From Tubiluchus corallicola (lineage: Eukaryota > Animalia > Priapulida): a DNA stretch of 64,000 nt. Location of the stretch: the NCBI GenBank assembly GCA_030141605.1, contig JAQGDQ010000202.1, positions 156,099 through 220,098 of the forward strand, in the 5' to 3' direction. Shown in pieces: positions 12,300-25,025 of the stretch. The notes under the pieces are model-generated. The model saw only the letters and a list, made by a program, of their open reading frames with translations, did not search any database and was not told where the DNA came from. Position 1 is the first letter of the stretch, and each line of letters starts with the position of its first letter. A program made the position numbers and the translations under genes.

Positions 12300-14923
12300 A
12301 TGGAAAGTGGTCCATTTACTATGCTCCACCGGCATATTTTGTGTGTTAATGGAACATCTCTCCATGATAAACACAATTTCTCTATTACGTCATACAATGT
12401 GCTAGCTGAAGGTCCTTTGGAGCAAAACAGCCACTTATATGAAATGTGTGCTGCTGAATACAAGCCTTTATCTGTGCGGCATGCTTGTATTGTTGCTGAG
12501 CTAGTGCATCAAAATAGTGACATAATTGCTTTACAGGAGGTGACACCTAAGCATTACAATTTACTGCTATGTGATATGGAAGCACGTGGTTATAGTGGAG
12601 TATATTGTTCTCGGGTGGACAGCTTAGGTAAAAATGTACAACCTAATGTAAAAAGGCTGTATGGTTTTATAAAGGGCTGATTAAATTAGTAAGTCTGTTT
12701 TTTTATGCTGTTGATATTTTCAAAAATAATATACACATACTTATTGAAAGCTATGCTTTTTTATAAATAGTACATATGAGCATTGAGCATGACATTTTTA
12801 GAGGATGGCAGTTTTTTATTTCACTCTAAACCTGGGATGTGTTAGGGCATTTGTGTTAAGCAGGTTTATTTTTCCTTTAACACGGTTCATCAGTATTTTT
12901 TAGATTGTTTTCTTTTCCAATATTACAATTTCATAAGTAAATAAAACAACTAATGTATTTGTTTAGGCATACCAATACTTTATAAAACTGACAAATTTGA
13001 GCTTGTAAATTCCCAGAACCATGTCTTGCATGAACTGGCGACTGAATTTTTCCCGAGCCTGAACAGCCTCGAAACAGAAGACAGAGATGCCGTGCTTAAA
13101 CACATTCAAAAACCTTGTACTATCGCACTACTGAAACTACGATGTAAACTGTCTGGCAATGTGATAAATGTTGGAAACATTCATGTAATATGGGAAGAGT
13201 TGACTGTTCAAGATGTACAAATTCTTGAGGTAAAAACAGACTCACTTTGAAGACTATTTTGATGAAAATTATGTGGCTAATGTTTAATATATTTCTAAAA
13301 ACATTAATGAATTTAATGACAACTGAAGAGTAATAAAACTTTAAGAGCTAGTGCATTTAGTCCAATTATGAATAAACTATGAAGGTACAAAGTAATTTAC
13401 AAAATATAGTTATGATATAAGTTTTGCTTTGGGTTAAATGTTTAGGTATGTAAAAGCGATATAGTATTCCACACTCATGATGCTTACTTAATAATGATTC
13501 TGGAATTCTGATCATTCAACATTTATCTTCAAAATTCTGTTATTGAATGGAAGCTGTATATCAACCTCATCACAATGTCATCTTGAAGAAACGTCATTTT
13601 ACTGATTGCATGTTTAACATTTATCGCCAGTAATAGTAAAAATAAATATAAGATTATCGCTTTCTAAGCTGCTATTGTGGAGCCTTTGTGGTCACAAGTC
13701 ACCTAGATAAAATCTCTGTTGGAGGAAAAAAGTGTTAGAAATTATTTAGCATTTTGGTGATGATTTTTGGTGTGACAAGGATTTAAGTTGAATTTCCAGT
13801 ACGACTGGTTGTACAGTTTTAGTGTATGTGAATAGGAAAACCAAATACACATTAAATTGTGACAGTGCCAATTGCATTTTACTTGCAGCTTTAGTATAAT
13901 GTTTGTATTTGGTTATTCAGCTATTTTTGCGAGATAATATCAACAGATTTATGCTTGTGCTTGTATAGATAGTAATCGCATTCAACAAACTAGTGCAGTT
14001 TGCCGGAGGTTTGGATGCCAAGTATGTGCTCTGCGGCGATTTCAACTGCTTTCCAAGTCTGCCAGGTTACTACATTGCTAAACACGGACATCTAAATAAT
14101 TCCATGGTAGAATATCTTCAGAAAATAGCACCACCAATCAAGATTAAAAGCAAAAAGGTAGGCTTAAATAATGTATCTGCGTATATACGTCAGTACGGTA
14201 GCAAAAGAGAAGCCCGTGTTACTTAAAAAGCTGTTCTACAGGCCATCCAGTCATGAACTTTAGAACTAATCTCTCTGTTATTGTGCAGAAAAGTAGTTCA
14301 TATTGGTGAATACTTGCTGCATGCTGCCATATATATTCATTGTTTTGCGTTAAAAATAAAGTTCACTGTATGAAGACTAGTAAAAAAAATTCTGCTTTAA
14401 TTAGCAAATTTTTAAGATCTTTATAAGTGTCTTCTTCAAGTTTTTGCAAGTTTAAAGAAGTTAAATTTAACACAAAATTTATGTAACGTTTTAAACTTGT
14501 AAGAGTCTGCTAGTAAATTCTCAAAAATGTGTTATTTTCAAAATAATAATAGTAATAATAATATTAATAGTAATAATAATAATGATAATGATGATAATAA
14601 TGATAATGATAACAATAATAATAATAATAATAATAAAAAGCTTTGATATGTTTGCCTTGTCAGCCCATTTATTTGCTTTACTAGTGTAAACCAGTTAGCT
14701 GTTTTTTGTTTAAGATTTTGGAATAAATAAAGTAAAGAATGTTCTGTATACAATTTTTAGCCTTGCAAATTGAAATTGTTGAATCTGCTTGGTGAAATGA
14801 AACATGTTGCAGAAGTCAAAAGTAGTTATGGAACTGTGGTAATTATTGTTATTTCTTATGTTATTGTTTTGTCATATTCTATTTTAACAGTGACTGTCAT
14901 GTCATTATTAAGAAAAATTCCGT

Positions 14924-14981
<58 letters not shown>

Positions 14982-16734
14982 TAGGGTTTTTTAGCTGTAT
15001 ATGTCTTTTGTGAAGCTAATAATTTCTTAATGAGCCTAAATAACTGTGGACGTTAGATGTTGCCCTTATGTATCAATACTTCCTTGAAAAACATCATAAT
15101 TCAAGATGCCAAATTCTTTTTTCAAACGATGAACATGCACGTAAAATTAATACAACTTTATAATTGGTAAATTTCATTTTTCTTTAGGTATTGTTAGATT
15201 ATGATGCTAAAAGTGATTTTTAGAATGAAGTAGTTTGGCCTATAGACAGATATTATAAGCATATGGTCTGACAAATTAAGAATTTTTGAATGATTTACCA
15301 GACATCTTTTGACATTCATCAGTAAGTAAGAAATTTGAGGCTGTGCTATCAGACATTATTTTTGTCAACTTTTCCTATTGTAGCTTGGACAAGAACCAAG
15401 AGTGTCTTCATTCGGATTAAAAGAAGAACCATTAGTAAGATAATGTTGCCACTTGCAATTTGGGATGTGCGTCTGTGCATACCTTTTTATTTTTTTTTCT
15501 TTTAATCTGCATCACCTGGAAATATGGCATAATATCACTAATTATCCTGCTGTCTGAATTGCCCAACAGTTTCTTCTTGATTAACAGTTTTGATTTGTTT
15601 CTGCTGTTCTAAAATTATCCAGATAACTGGTAAAGTGTACATTAGTATAGTTAATGATTCTCAGTGTGTACTAGCAAATGTTATTATTATTATAACTCTT
15701 TTATTACCCTCTTTTTGCAGGTAAATGTTAGCAAATGTTAGTGTTGGTGTCAAGCAATTTAATTTAGCATTCTATAATTATTTGTTGTTTTTTTGTATTT
15801 TACAAATATGCATTTCCTGAAAGTGTTTGAAACGAAGCCAGTCTTAATCATGTGACCTATATGCCACCTATCAATCACACTTGTTTTTACCCGTAGTTAG
15901 ATTTTCTGTTGCCGCTATGCTGATCATGCTGTTTGGTGATACTTGCATTGCTTTGTCTATTTTGTTACAATTTAACAGTCACTAGTTGTATTTTCAAGCC
16001 AAAGTTGTCACCAGTAAATGTAAGTCACCAACTACTTTAATAATTAGTTAATAGTTTAAATTGGTTAGAATTGCTTCAAATATCTAGAATGATAAGGTAA
16101 TAATATGTGTTTCAGTCTTCTTAAATCTAATTTTTCATTTTGTCTAAATAGTAATAACCTTTAGCACGTTTTAAGCACTTTTTGTGATCTGTTATTTTAA
16201 TAAATTGCGGGTCTATCTCACAGTTCAATACTGATTTTTGTCGTTTCTTTGCCTGGACTGGGTGCATCCACAGTTATTATTATCCACAAATAGTTTAATA
16301 CACTGTAATTTATAAACTACAGTAGGTTTATTAGTCCCATCGATTATTCATCTTAATGACCATTGCATTAAGTGTGAGCACAACTTGCCTACTAGGGTAT
16401 AAAGATGCTTAGATTGCTAAATCTTCTATGTTCGTACAGTAGTAATAATTGGTTTTCTTTGAAAAATTCTGCACTTGCCTATTACGTGCTGCTGATTATT
16501 TTGCAGATGGGTCAAGAGCCAAGATTAACAAATTATGAGACTTGCTGGGGGCCTTCAAAATTGAGCATTTTTGAGGAATGCCTGGACTACATTTGGTATA
16601 GTTACAAAAATATGCAACCAATAGCAGTTTTAGCTCCACCTTCTCGGGACGATATGGTACGCCATGGTTGTATTCCTAGTATTCATTTTCCATCTGATCA
16701 TGTGTCAATACAGGCTGTAATGCAATTTATTTAA
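12300..16734 (+). CDS. CCR4/nocturnin/angel/PDE12-like exonuclease-endonuclease-phosphatase (EEP) protein, about 360 aa, no LRR
   Basis: Coding exons 12300-12627, 12967-13229, 13969-14157, 14761-14838 and 16507-16734 join in frame. Motifs SYNVLAE, DIIALQEV, GIPILYKTDKFEL, GNIHVIW, VLCGDFN, SSY, EP-x-LTNY, CLDYIWYS and FPSDH. An in-frame TGA lies just upstream of the ATG. Confidence 0.88.
15384..15434 (+). other. Candidate alternative or duplicated exon of the EEP gene (LGQEPRVSSFGLKEEPL)
   Basis: Strong acceptor ttttcctattgtag, donor gtaaga, 51 nt, phase 0-0; homologous to the start of the last exon (MGQEPRLTNY). Confidence 0.55.
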
Positions 16735-16853
16735 CTAATAATTTAACACTTTATATTCTATTATGAAATCCTGACTATGAATGCATCTTTTACATGTAAG
16801 AAAAGGTAAATTATATTTTATACTTTATAATTTTACACTTTTTTACTTTAAAA

Positions 16854-17567
16854 TTTGGGCACGGCAGTTTGGGCACCATACACATTGCTGGCTCACTTGA
16901 GCACGAGACATGCCCGATGTACACTGCATTGCTACATGACTCGATCATGTAAGAATACATTACTTCCGTGTTGTGCTAGAAGCGTATAATGCTGCCCAGT
17001 AGCTAATATTGCGGGAATCCTCATTCATTGTCCAATACCTAAAAACTAGAAATTTTGAAGTTTTACTTTCCTGACTACGATTGCATAATTAAAGCTAAAA
17101 AATAAGTTACTTAGTGTGTCGCAAATCCAAACATGATTCTTGCATTTTACAAGAGATAGACAGAAACATTACAAATATTATTCTTGATCTTTATGTTATA
17201 CTCACACATTAAATGTTTGCTGATTAATTGGCCTGGTTGTTTTCCATTTGATAGCTAGCATAAACAACTAAGCAAGTCATTCTACATCGTTTTTTCTTTA
17301 GTTAGTGCTGGATGAGTATACGTGTAGTATTATCACTATAATAAGGCTAGTTGACCTAGTGCATTGACACTTATTGTTTTTGCGATGCACTAGATATTGT
17401 CGAAATAAAACACTAAACTAAATTTGCAGTATTTTCTGCTTTGTTTATTTCATAAACTAACACATTAATACTAAATGTGTTAAACCAGAAAGTGCAGAGT
17501 CAATGCCCAAATGTCTCGTGCCCAAGTGTCCCATGCTCAAATGGACATGTCCAAATGTCACGTTCCC
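16854..17567. mobile_element. Non-autonomous DNA element with inverted arrays of about 15-bp subterminal repeats
   Basis: Left end ttgggcacggcagtttgggcacc...ttgagcacgagacat; right end atgcccaaatgtctcgtgcccaagtgtcccatgctcaaatg...cacgttccc. The units are reverse complements; the left terminus looks eroded. Confidence 0.6.
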
Positions 17568-18319
17568 ATGATTTATATGTGTACAATTGTAATGCAAATA
17601 ATGATTCAAATGATTTTTTATCTTTACCAGAGTATATTTAATTTTGGTTTTTCATACAATTTGCAATTTTTCTTTTACAAAACTAGTTCTGTAATGGTGC
17701 TGAATTAAGGCTGACTTCATTTAGCCTAGTCTGAGCAATACGTGTGTAGTGTAAAATGCCCGAATATTTGTAAGAATTTTGTATTGACGTATAAAACGAT
17801 TTACTTTTGAAAAAAACATTTATTCTGTCTGTGTCTCTAATACTTGTACTAGCATACACCTTGCTTTTAAGGTATACAAATAAGTATACGTTTAATGCTT
17901 CCGTGTTCAGCGACAATTTTTTAAGGACATTGGATTTTTAACCTATTTTCTCACTTAACAGCAATGTTTCATTTTGTAAATAAATTTTTATAACAGTATA
18001 GTTTACTTGCACTGTAGTTCAATAATAATAATATTTTTTACGAGATACCAACACCTGACCTGTAAATGATTTAACATGACACCATTTGCTGTAACAGTCT
18101 AGCCAGTTTACCAAAGAAATTGGGAAGTGGTTTTTTTTCCTTAATGAGCTGCAAATTAACAATCGAGGTAATGTCGATCGAGGTAATAACTTTGTGTTTT
18201 TCAATTCGCTGAGATTCAGAACTGCGGTAAATTATGTAATTATGACTGTGGCATAGTGTAATCACCATCATGCATTGAGCTTAGTTCAGTTAATTGTCAC
18301 AATTTTGTATAATTTAAAC

Positions 18320-18734
18320 CAGGGGTGTGCAAACTGCGGCCCGCCGAGAGATCTTGTGCGGCCCGCGAAGAGGTTTGTCAACATAATGAAAGTGCGGCCC
18401 ACGCGATCCAGCTGAAGTCTGCGCCAATATCGCAAAGTTAGTGCGTGTAGTTTTTTCCTCTAGATCGGATGGCATTAACCCTTACAAGACCGTTGTCACT
18501 TAATGTCACAGTCGGACATAACAAAATATATGGTTTTTAATATAAATTTTAATAACTTCTAAAATAGTTTCTTGAGTGTAGTAGTGCAGTAGTGGTGATG
18601 TGCGCAAATCGAATGCAAAAAAATCGTTATTAGGTCCTACTGTAGTTGGCTCCTTGACCAAACTGCATGTGGCCCACAGGAATTGCGGGAAAGTTTAATG
18701 TGGCCCGGCTAGTCAGATAATTTGCACACCCCTG
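18320..18734. mobile_element. hAT (Charlie-like) MITE
   Basis: TIRs caggggtgtgcaaa / tttgcacacccctg; 8-bp TSD atttaaac / atttaacc; subterminal (c/t)ggccc(g/a)c repeats. Confidence 0.88.
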
Positions 18735-19344
18735 ATTTAACCAGAAGCAGGTATTATAATAATTCTTGTTAATAGTAACCATTTCGATAGTGAAGATAAA
18801 TCACTGGTCAGCATTCAAATATATATTGTAAAAGTAATTTTTGCAGTGAGGTCATATATACTGAGAATTAATTGTATCATTATGCTTAAGAGGCCATGGG
18901 AGTTGACTACATGGTAGAGTAGTACCAAAGTTTAGGAAAAGGAAGTGACGAAACACATTGTTACGTATTTCGTTTTTGCGATTAGCGGTTACGCTGGCGG
19001 CATCAAACGGCGATGATTAAAAAATTTTTGAGTTCGCGCATTGACTGTAATAATAATATTCTGTTGGCATACTCGCAATTTTGATAAGCCAAAATCACTT
19101 GTGCGTTTTTAATAAAAGAAGAATATCTCAAATAAAAGTAATTATTAGTTTAAAAAAACTAAAAACATTTCGTGAAAACAAAAAAGTTTGTATTATGTAC
19201 TTGCTAACACTTCTTCAGTTTTCTTGTAAGTAAAATTCTACTGTTCTTCCTGAGGAAAGAGGCTAGCTGACTGCGTGATGGGCTGTCTACTATGCAAAAA
19301 AAGTAATGCCTTTTTTATTAATTTTTCTCTCACTCTCACTCTTA

Positions 19345-19462
19345 GAGAGAAAGAGAGGGCGGGGGAGAGAGAGAGGTAGAGAAAGAGAGAGACAGTGAGA
19401 GGAAGAGAGAGAAAGAGAGAGGGGGAGGGATAGAGAGACAGACACACACACACAGAGAGAGA
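19345..19462. repeat. GA-rich / CA compound microsatellite
   Basis: Direct reading: agagagagagg...gagagacagacacacacacacagagagagaga. Confidence 0.9.
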
Positions 19463-20424
19463 GATCCTTCTTTTCCTTTTGTTGAAGGTTCTGCCATTTG
19501 TTTCTTGGTCGTTTTACTCCAATGCGAGGCGGCGGATTTGGCACATTAAAAATTGCACCCATTTACGTGCCCTTCAATTAATCTATATAATTACACATAT
19601 TATAAAAGTATATATATACATGCAATATATATATATTATATACAAGGTTTGTATATAAATAATGCGCGCGCACACACGCGCACTCACACAACAAGTAATT
19701 GCATGGGGTGCTTCATATACAACTAATCAATACAGTAGTGGAGACGAGTAGAACTGAATTGCCAGGCTGGGGCATCGTAACGTCTTGATACACCCATGCA
19801 CACACACTCATATACAGGTATGATGTATGCAATATTACCTACAGAGATTCTATGAAGCTGAGCCTATCATATTTAACAATATAAATTGATTGCCTTTAGC
19901 ACCTAGGCCTATATAAAATCAATTAATTTAAGCCCATCAATAAATAAATTATTTATCAAGACTTGTCTGTGGATTTAGCCACATTAGTACGCTTACACAA
20001 GTATATTTTTACACGTAAACAAACTGTATTTAATGAACATTTATTTTGACGTAAGCCTAACTGAATCTTAAAGAATTGCGCTAAATATAAGTGGCCGTCT
20101 ACACATGATATATATAAGGTGTTATGACCCGCCTGCAGATTCTAATTTATGCGCCAGGTTGGCTTCTCACCCGAATTCTGTAACTTGATTTTAACCTATT
20201 AGTATATTAGTTATTTTGATATCTTGATATTAGTTGGTTGTTATAGTAGTAGTAGTAATTTATTGATTTTTGGCCATTAGCGCCGATCAAACAACAAACA
20301 CCCATATAACAAGATTTTACATATTAATGCGAACAAACTTAGCTACAGCACATTGAATAGTGACATCACGAGATTGCATCATATAAGTTAGTTTGTCATC
20401 AATATTTAAAAAGTAATGTCTGGA

Positions 20425-20629
20425 CAGGGCCGGCCTTAAGCATAGGCAAACTAGGCAACCGCCTAGGGCCTCACCCTCCAGGGGGGCCTCACGCCGATGT
20501 AACATACATTATATTTTTTAATAAATTGCGTAATTTTATTTTTTCGTATTTATTTTTTACTTTTCTATTTCATTTGGGGCCACCAAATTCACTTCGCCTA
20601 GGGCCTCCAATTACCTAAGGCCGGCCCTG
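20425..20629. mobile_element. hAT-like MITE
   Basis: TIRs cagggccggcctta / taaggccggccctg; internal cgcctagggcc repeats; no clear TSD. Confidence 0.75.
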
Positions 20630-20889
20630 ATTATATGTATTTATTATGTCTTCATGTCCTTGATTTTTATGTTCAAATTTAAACCTAAATCTCAATAGTT
20701 CTATCTTATTACACTCACCATTCCTTTCTGCTCCACATGTAAACTTTATGCGCCATTTATCACACCTTAATCTGAAATCTTCGTCAAGATAATTGCGCAT
20801 ATCACTAATACCAACATTGCTTACAGGGTGGTTGACTTTGGTAACTTTTAGTTTTTCGAGATCCTTTCACCAATCACTTGAATATCATT

Positions 20890-21013
20890 AACTCAGATAA
20901 TTTATTCATTTAATAATCTTGTCACTTTGTATCATACTACCATATTATCGTTTCATGCTCGTGTTTTTCTTGTAAAAACGGTGATAAATAAAGATACTTA
21001 CTTACTTACTTAC
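20890..21013 (+). mobile_element. 3' tail of an L2/CR1-group LINE or a SINE
   Basis: Ends in aataaagat(actt)n; near-identical to 24930-25025. Confidence 0.65.
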
Positions 21014-22397
21014 CATATTCTTTGGTAGTATAAAGTTATGGAATCGGAAATTTCCGGAATTTTACCACTTGAAACCTATTATACTGTGTCAAAAAATTAT
21101 AATCATGTATTGGGGGTGTTAATATGTACTGTTCCAGTTATTTGTTCATCAGCTCCTATAGAGGTTTTTCATTAAGACAGTTGACTGACTGTGAAATGTT
21201 GAGTCACGCCGGGTAGCCAAAAAACACTGAACCGAAGTCGACCGACCAGGTTTTAGATACTCGCAAACTTTAAAGTTGCGCGGACGTTTGGGGTGTACTC
21301 GCGGTGTAGTTGTTTTGAAGTTAAAAATTGTCTATATTTTCTAAAGAACTATCCTGTAACACTAACAGTCTAGCAAATTTCGAAAGCAGTCACAGACAAA
21401 GGGCTTGAAGCGGTCATGTGCTAAATAACCTAGGATTCAATGCCGCATTATCAGCCATTTTATACGGTACCGTACTGCTGTGGTTGAAATTTTATTTTTT
21501 AGGTACAAAACTCAGGCCTAGAGCATAAACTGACAAAGCATTGCGCATGATGTGTTAAATGAGAATGCAGTGAGCAGCTTACTCTGCCGTGCAGCACGCT
21601 ATTAAATTTGCGTTTTAGTGTCATTGTTTACTGTGTTCAATTACTTTGTCCAATTAGAAAAATACATGTGCATATTATCGTGTGACCATTTACACCTTTT
21701 ACTTTTAGTTTTAATGTAAACTGTACCTTCCACATTAATAAAAACAAGTTGTAGTTGTATTGTGTGATCTGTGCAGTGGTGTCGCATGGTTGGTCGGCAT
21801 TGTGTGGAGGGTTGAGTAGACCTCCAAACCTCCTTTCTACTCGTTCCACTATCTACCAGTAATAGGAGCGTAGTTTTTAAAACATTACGTAGGTACTTAA
21901 GTAGTGGGTGGTACTTGAGTACTAGTATTTCTTTCAAAATCGGCCTTGCAAGATCGATAGCTTTTCTGCTAGCTTATGTTTACAGACACAACTAAATGAC
22001 TGCAAATTAGACTCTTCAGTATAGATCTCAGCTATCCTACCATTTGCTGTTATATTTAGAAGAGATCTAATTAGACATTCATCATAAAATTGAAAAGAAC
22101 ACGCCCTTGCCACCCAATCTACATAATTTAAATTAGAATTGCGTAGCTTACTCTAGCATACACCACACTATTTTATTAATCATTAGTTTGTTATATTGTC
22201 GAAGAAGACAGACTCACTAAGCCCAAAAGCTATACAGCAAGGTTAAGAGGTGTACATTATATTTGAGCATGAGACATTTAACACCAATAAAATTTGATGT
22301 TATACCTGTTTTTTATTTTTGTTTTTTAAATTTTTAATGACTCGCTTTAATTTCCTTTCTCTGACAATATTTTTTTAAGAATCATTGCCTCACTAAA

Positions 22398-22766
22398 TGT
22401 TGTGGAGATCCATTAGAATTGAATAGAAAGTTGTAGAATGTTCTAAAGAATAGTAGAACAATCTTCTTACCTTGTGTACATGCGCAGTGAATGTTTATTG
22501 TAATGATAAAAGCAATCGTAGATTCTAGAGCCTTCTATTTGGTACGCTGTGTGCGTAGTAGTTTCTAGATTGTTGAGGTGTTGTCCATTTCCATTGATAT
22601 ATAAGGCGGAGCTGGCCGCTCATTATTATTATTCTCAGATTCTCGCATTCCTGGTTCCAGATTATCGTGTGCAATTTTTCTATCAATTTTACTGTACATA
22701 CTTTGAGTTCCTTCATACTTTGTGTTGTAGAATTCTCACACAATAAACCTGTTTGCTTTGACAACA
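22398..22766 (+). mobile_element. Candidate solo LTR
   Basis: Termini tgttgt...acaaca, an internal TATA (tatataagg near 22597) and aataaa at 22742 shortly before the 3' CA. No TSD is visible. Confidence 0.5.
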
Positions 22767-23164
22767 TGTTTTCTTGTTTTCTCTACGAGCTGTCCGAGGG
22801 AAAGGAACACAACACTAAATTAAATACATGCAGTAATATATGATACCACAATTAAAACCAATTGCTTAACTTAATTTGCACTTTCTGGTTTTTCACCATA
22901 ATTCAGTACATTATGTGCAGCTTTTAAAAAGAACAAAGCAGAAGAAGACACCACAAGTTTACATTAGTGTTTTATTAAAATATGACAGCATTTTATTAAA
23001 AAAACATCTAGTCTATCACAAAAGCAGCACCTAAATAACAGAATAGTGCACTACATATATATAGTGCAGCAATTTAACTAGTATTATATCACAATATTAT
23101 ATTTGGTTAATGCTTGGTGTACTTTAGAAAAACTGCCTAGAATGTGTTGTTTAGTCACTGCAGA

Positions 23165-25025
23165 AAAGACCTGTTTACCAAGTGCCTAGTTCTTAAGAAA
23201 CTCGAAAAGTACAAATCGGTTTGTACTAATCAAGGACGTATCTACTTAAAAGTCAATGATGAATGTGAGCCTCTTGAAATCAAGATTGAAACCGACTTAA
23301 ATAAATTAAGATAATTGTCTATCTATCCTCATTGCTACATTTAACATGTAAGCAAGCAGAGATAACATATTTTAGTTTTTTTTATCAGAATTATGGTAAT
23401 TTGTTACCCTTGCATTTCTGCAATAAACCATGCCGAATAAATCAAAATGCAATTTTTTGTGATATCTGCAAAAATTGGATACACAAAAATTGCGCTTTAT
23501 TATCCAACGATGAGTTTGCTCTACTAACTAACACTAACATTTCGTGTTTCTGTTTGCAGTGTGTTAACAACATATTAACATATCAAAGTCTAACTGAGGA
23601 CGAGTTTTTTGATGCACTGGGTGACTTAAATAATTAAATAAATAAGACTAGTCTGAACTACTGAATCTTATTAATACAGTCTATCTCTACTCTGATCTGT
23701 TGTGTGCTACTAATGAAGATATTGACCCAGATAAATTCTCATTCAATATGACAGCAGGTATGTAAAATTAAATCAGATGCAGTCTGACCCCAAGTACAAA
23801 TTTAGTGCCAATGATTTCTCTTTTATACATTTAAATGTTTCCAGTCCAAATAAACATTTTACTAATTTATACGATATATTGTATAATTTCCAATCATGGC
23901 CTGACCTTATAGGGGTCTCTGAAACCAGACTTGATGATAACAGGCAATTCCTGTGTAGTATTCCGGGTTACACTTTCTTGCAAGAGACTTCTCCAACTAA
24001 TGCTGGTGGTGTTGGTATTTGCATTAAACAAGAACTAATTTTTAATCTAGCTCCTAATTACAAAATAAGCATTAGTTTAAATACAGATAATTTTCAGACG
24101 GAAGATTATTGGCTTGAAATCGAAACCAAATCAAAAAATATTGTCTTTGGAATAGTATGTAGACACCCTAACACAGATGTGCCAAGCTTCCAGGAGCAAC
24201 TTGATAAGACTCTAGCTGCAATTAATAAGTCTGGTAAACTTGCGTACATCTGTGAGGATTTTAACATAAATCTGCTACACCATGAAAGCAAAACTCTTGT
24301 ATCTAACTATCTTGCAATGATCTATGCCAACTGCTTTTTCCCTTTAATCACCAAACCAACTAGGATCACCAATAGATCCCAAACTTTGATCGATCACATA
24401 TATACTAATGATTTAGTAAACCCTATAACCCCAGGTATCATACTTAATGAAGTAGCAGATCATTTACCTGTTTTTGCAGTTATTAATAAGTCTTTATCTA
24501 AAAGAAAAATCACAAAGTAGTAATAAGGGCTAAAACAAATTTTGTAAAAGAAAATTTTATTTGCGAATTAAACGAAGTTTTTAATGCTATCGACTATTCT
24601 ACTCTACACACTAATGAAGCCTTTAATGTATTTTTTGACACCCTGAGTAATTTAGTTAATAAGCACTTGCCTTTTAAAACTCTTTCTAGGCGACAAACCA
24701 AAACATAAAAAACCATGAATAACTGCCGGACTTTTAAAATCAGTAAAGACTAGAAGTAAATTATATAAAATGCATATATTTTCTAACAACCTGTATAAAC
24801 AGAATTACTACAAAACTTACTCTAATATGTTAAATCATACTAAAGAGAAGACTAAAAAACAATATTATAAGAACCTACTGGAAACCAATAAAAACAACAC
24901 TAGAAAAATATGGACCACCATAAATGACTTAACTCAGATAATTTATTCATTTAATAATTTTGTCAGTTTGTATCATATTATCGTTTCATGCTCTGTGTTT
25001 TCTTGTAAAAAAGGTGATTAATACT
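23165..25025 (+). mobile_element. Degenerate L2/Crack/Daphne-group LINE: ORF1 C-terminus, PHD finger and AP endonuclease; RT missing
   Basis: 23165-23314 KDLFTKCL...YKSVCTNQGRIYLK...DLNKL resembles an ORF1 C-terminus. 23332-23637 is a PHD finger (CNKPC...CDICKNWIHKNC...CLQC). 23777-24520 is an APE domain (HLNV, GVSET, GGVGI, DFNI, PTR, TLIDHIY, DHLP). The remainder is broken by stops and frameshifts. Confidence 0.9.

Noticed and set aside
14538-14994. Poly-Leu and IYIY ORFs (also near 4812-5084 and 19238-19562)
   Set aside because: Translations of (aat)n, (ta)n and (ga)n microsatellites, apart from the real exons 14761-14838 and 4880-4992 that these ORFs overlap.
23777-24520. Second host EEP nuclease gene
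   Set aside because: It is the AP endonuclease of a disrupted LINE, preceded by PHD and ORF1 remnants.
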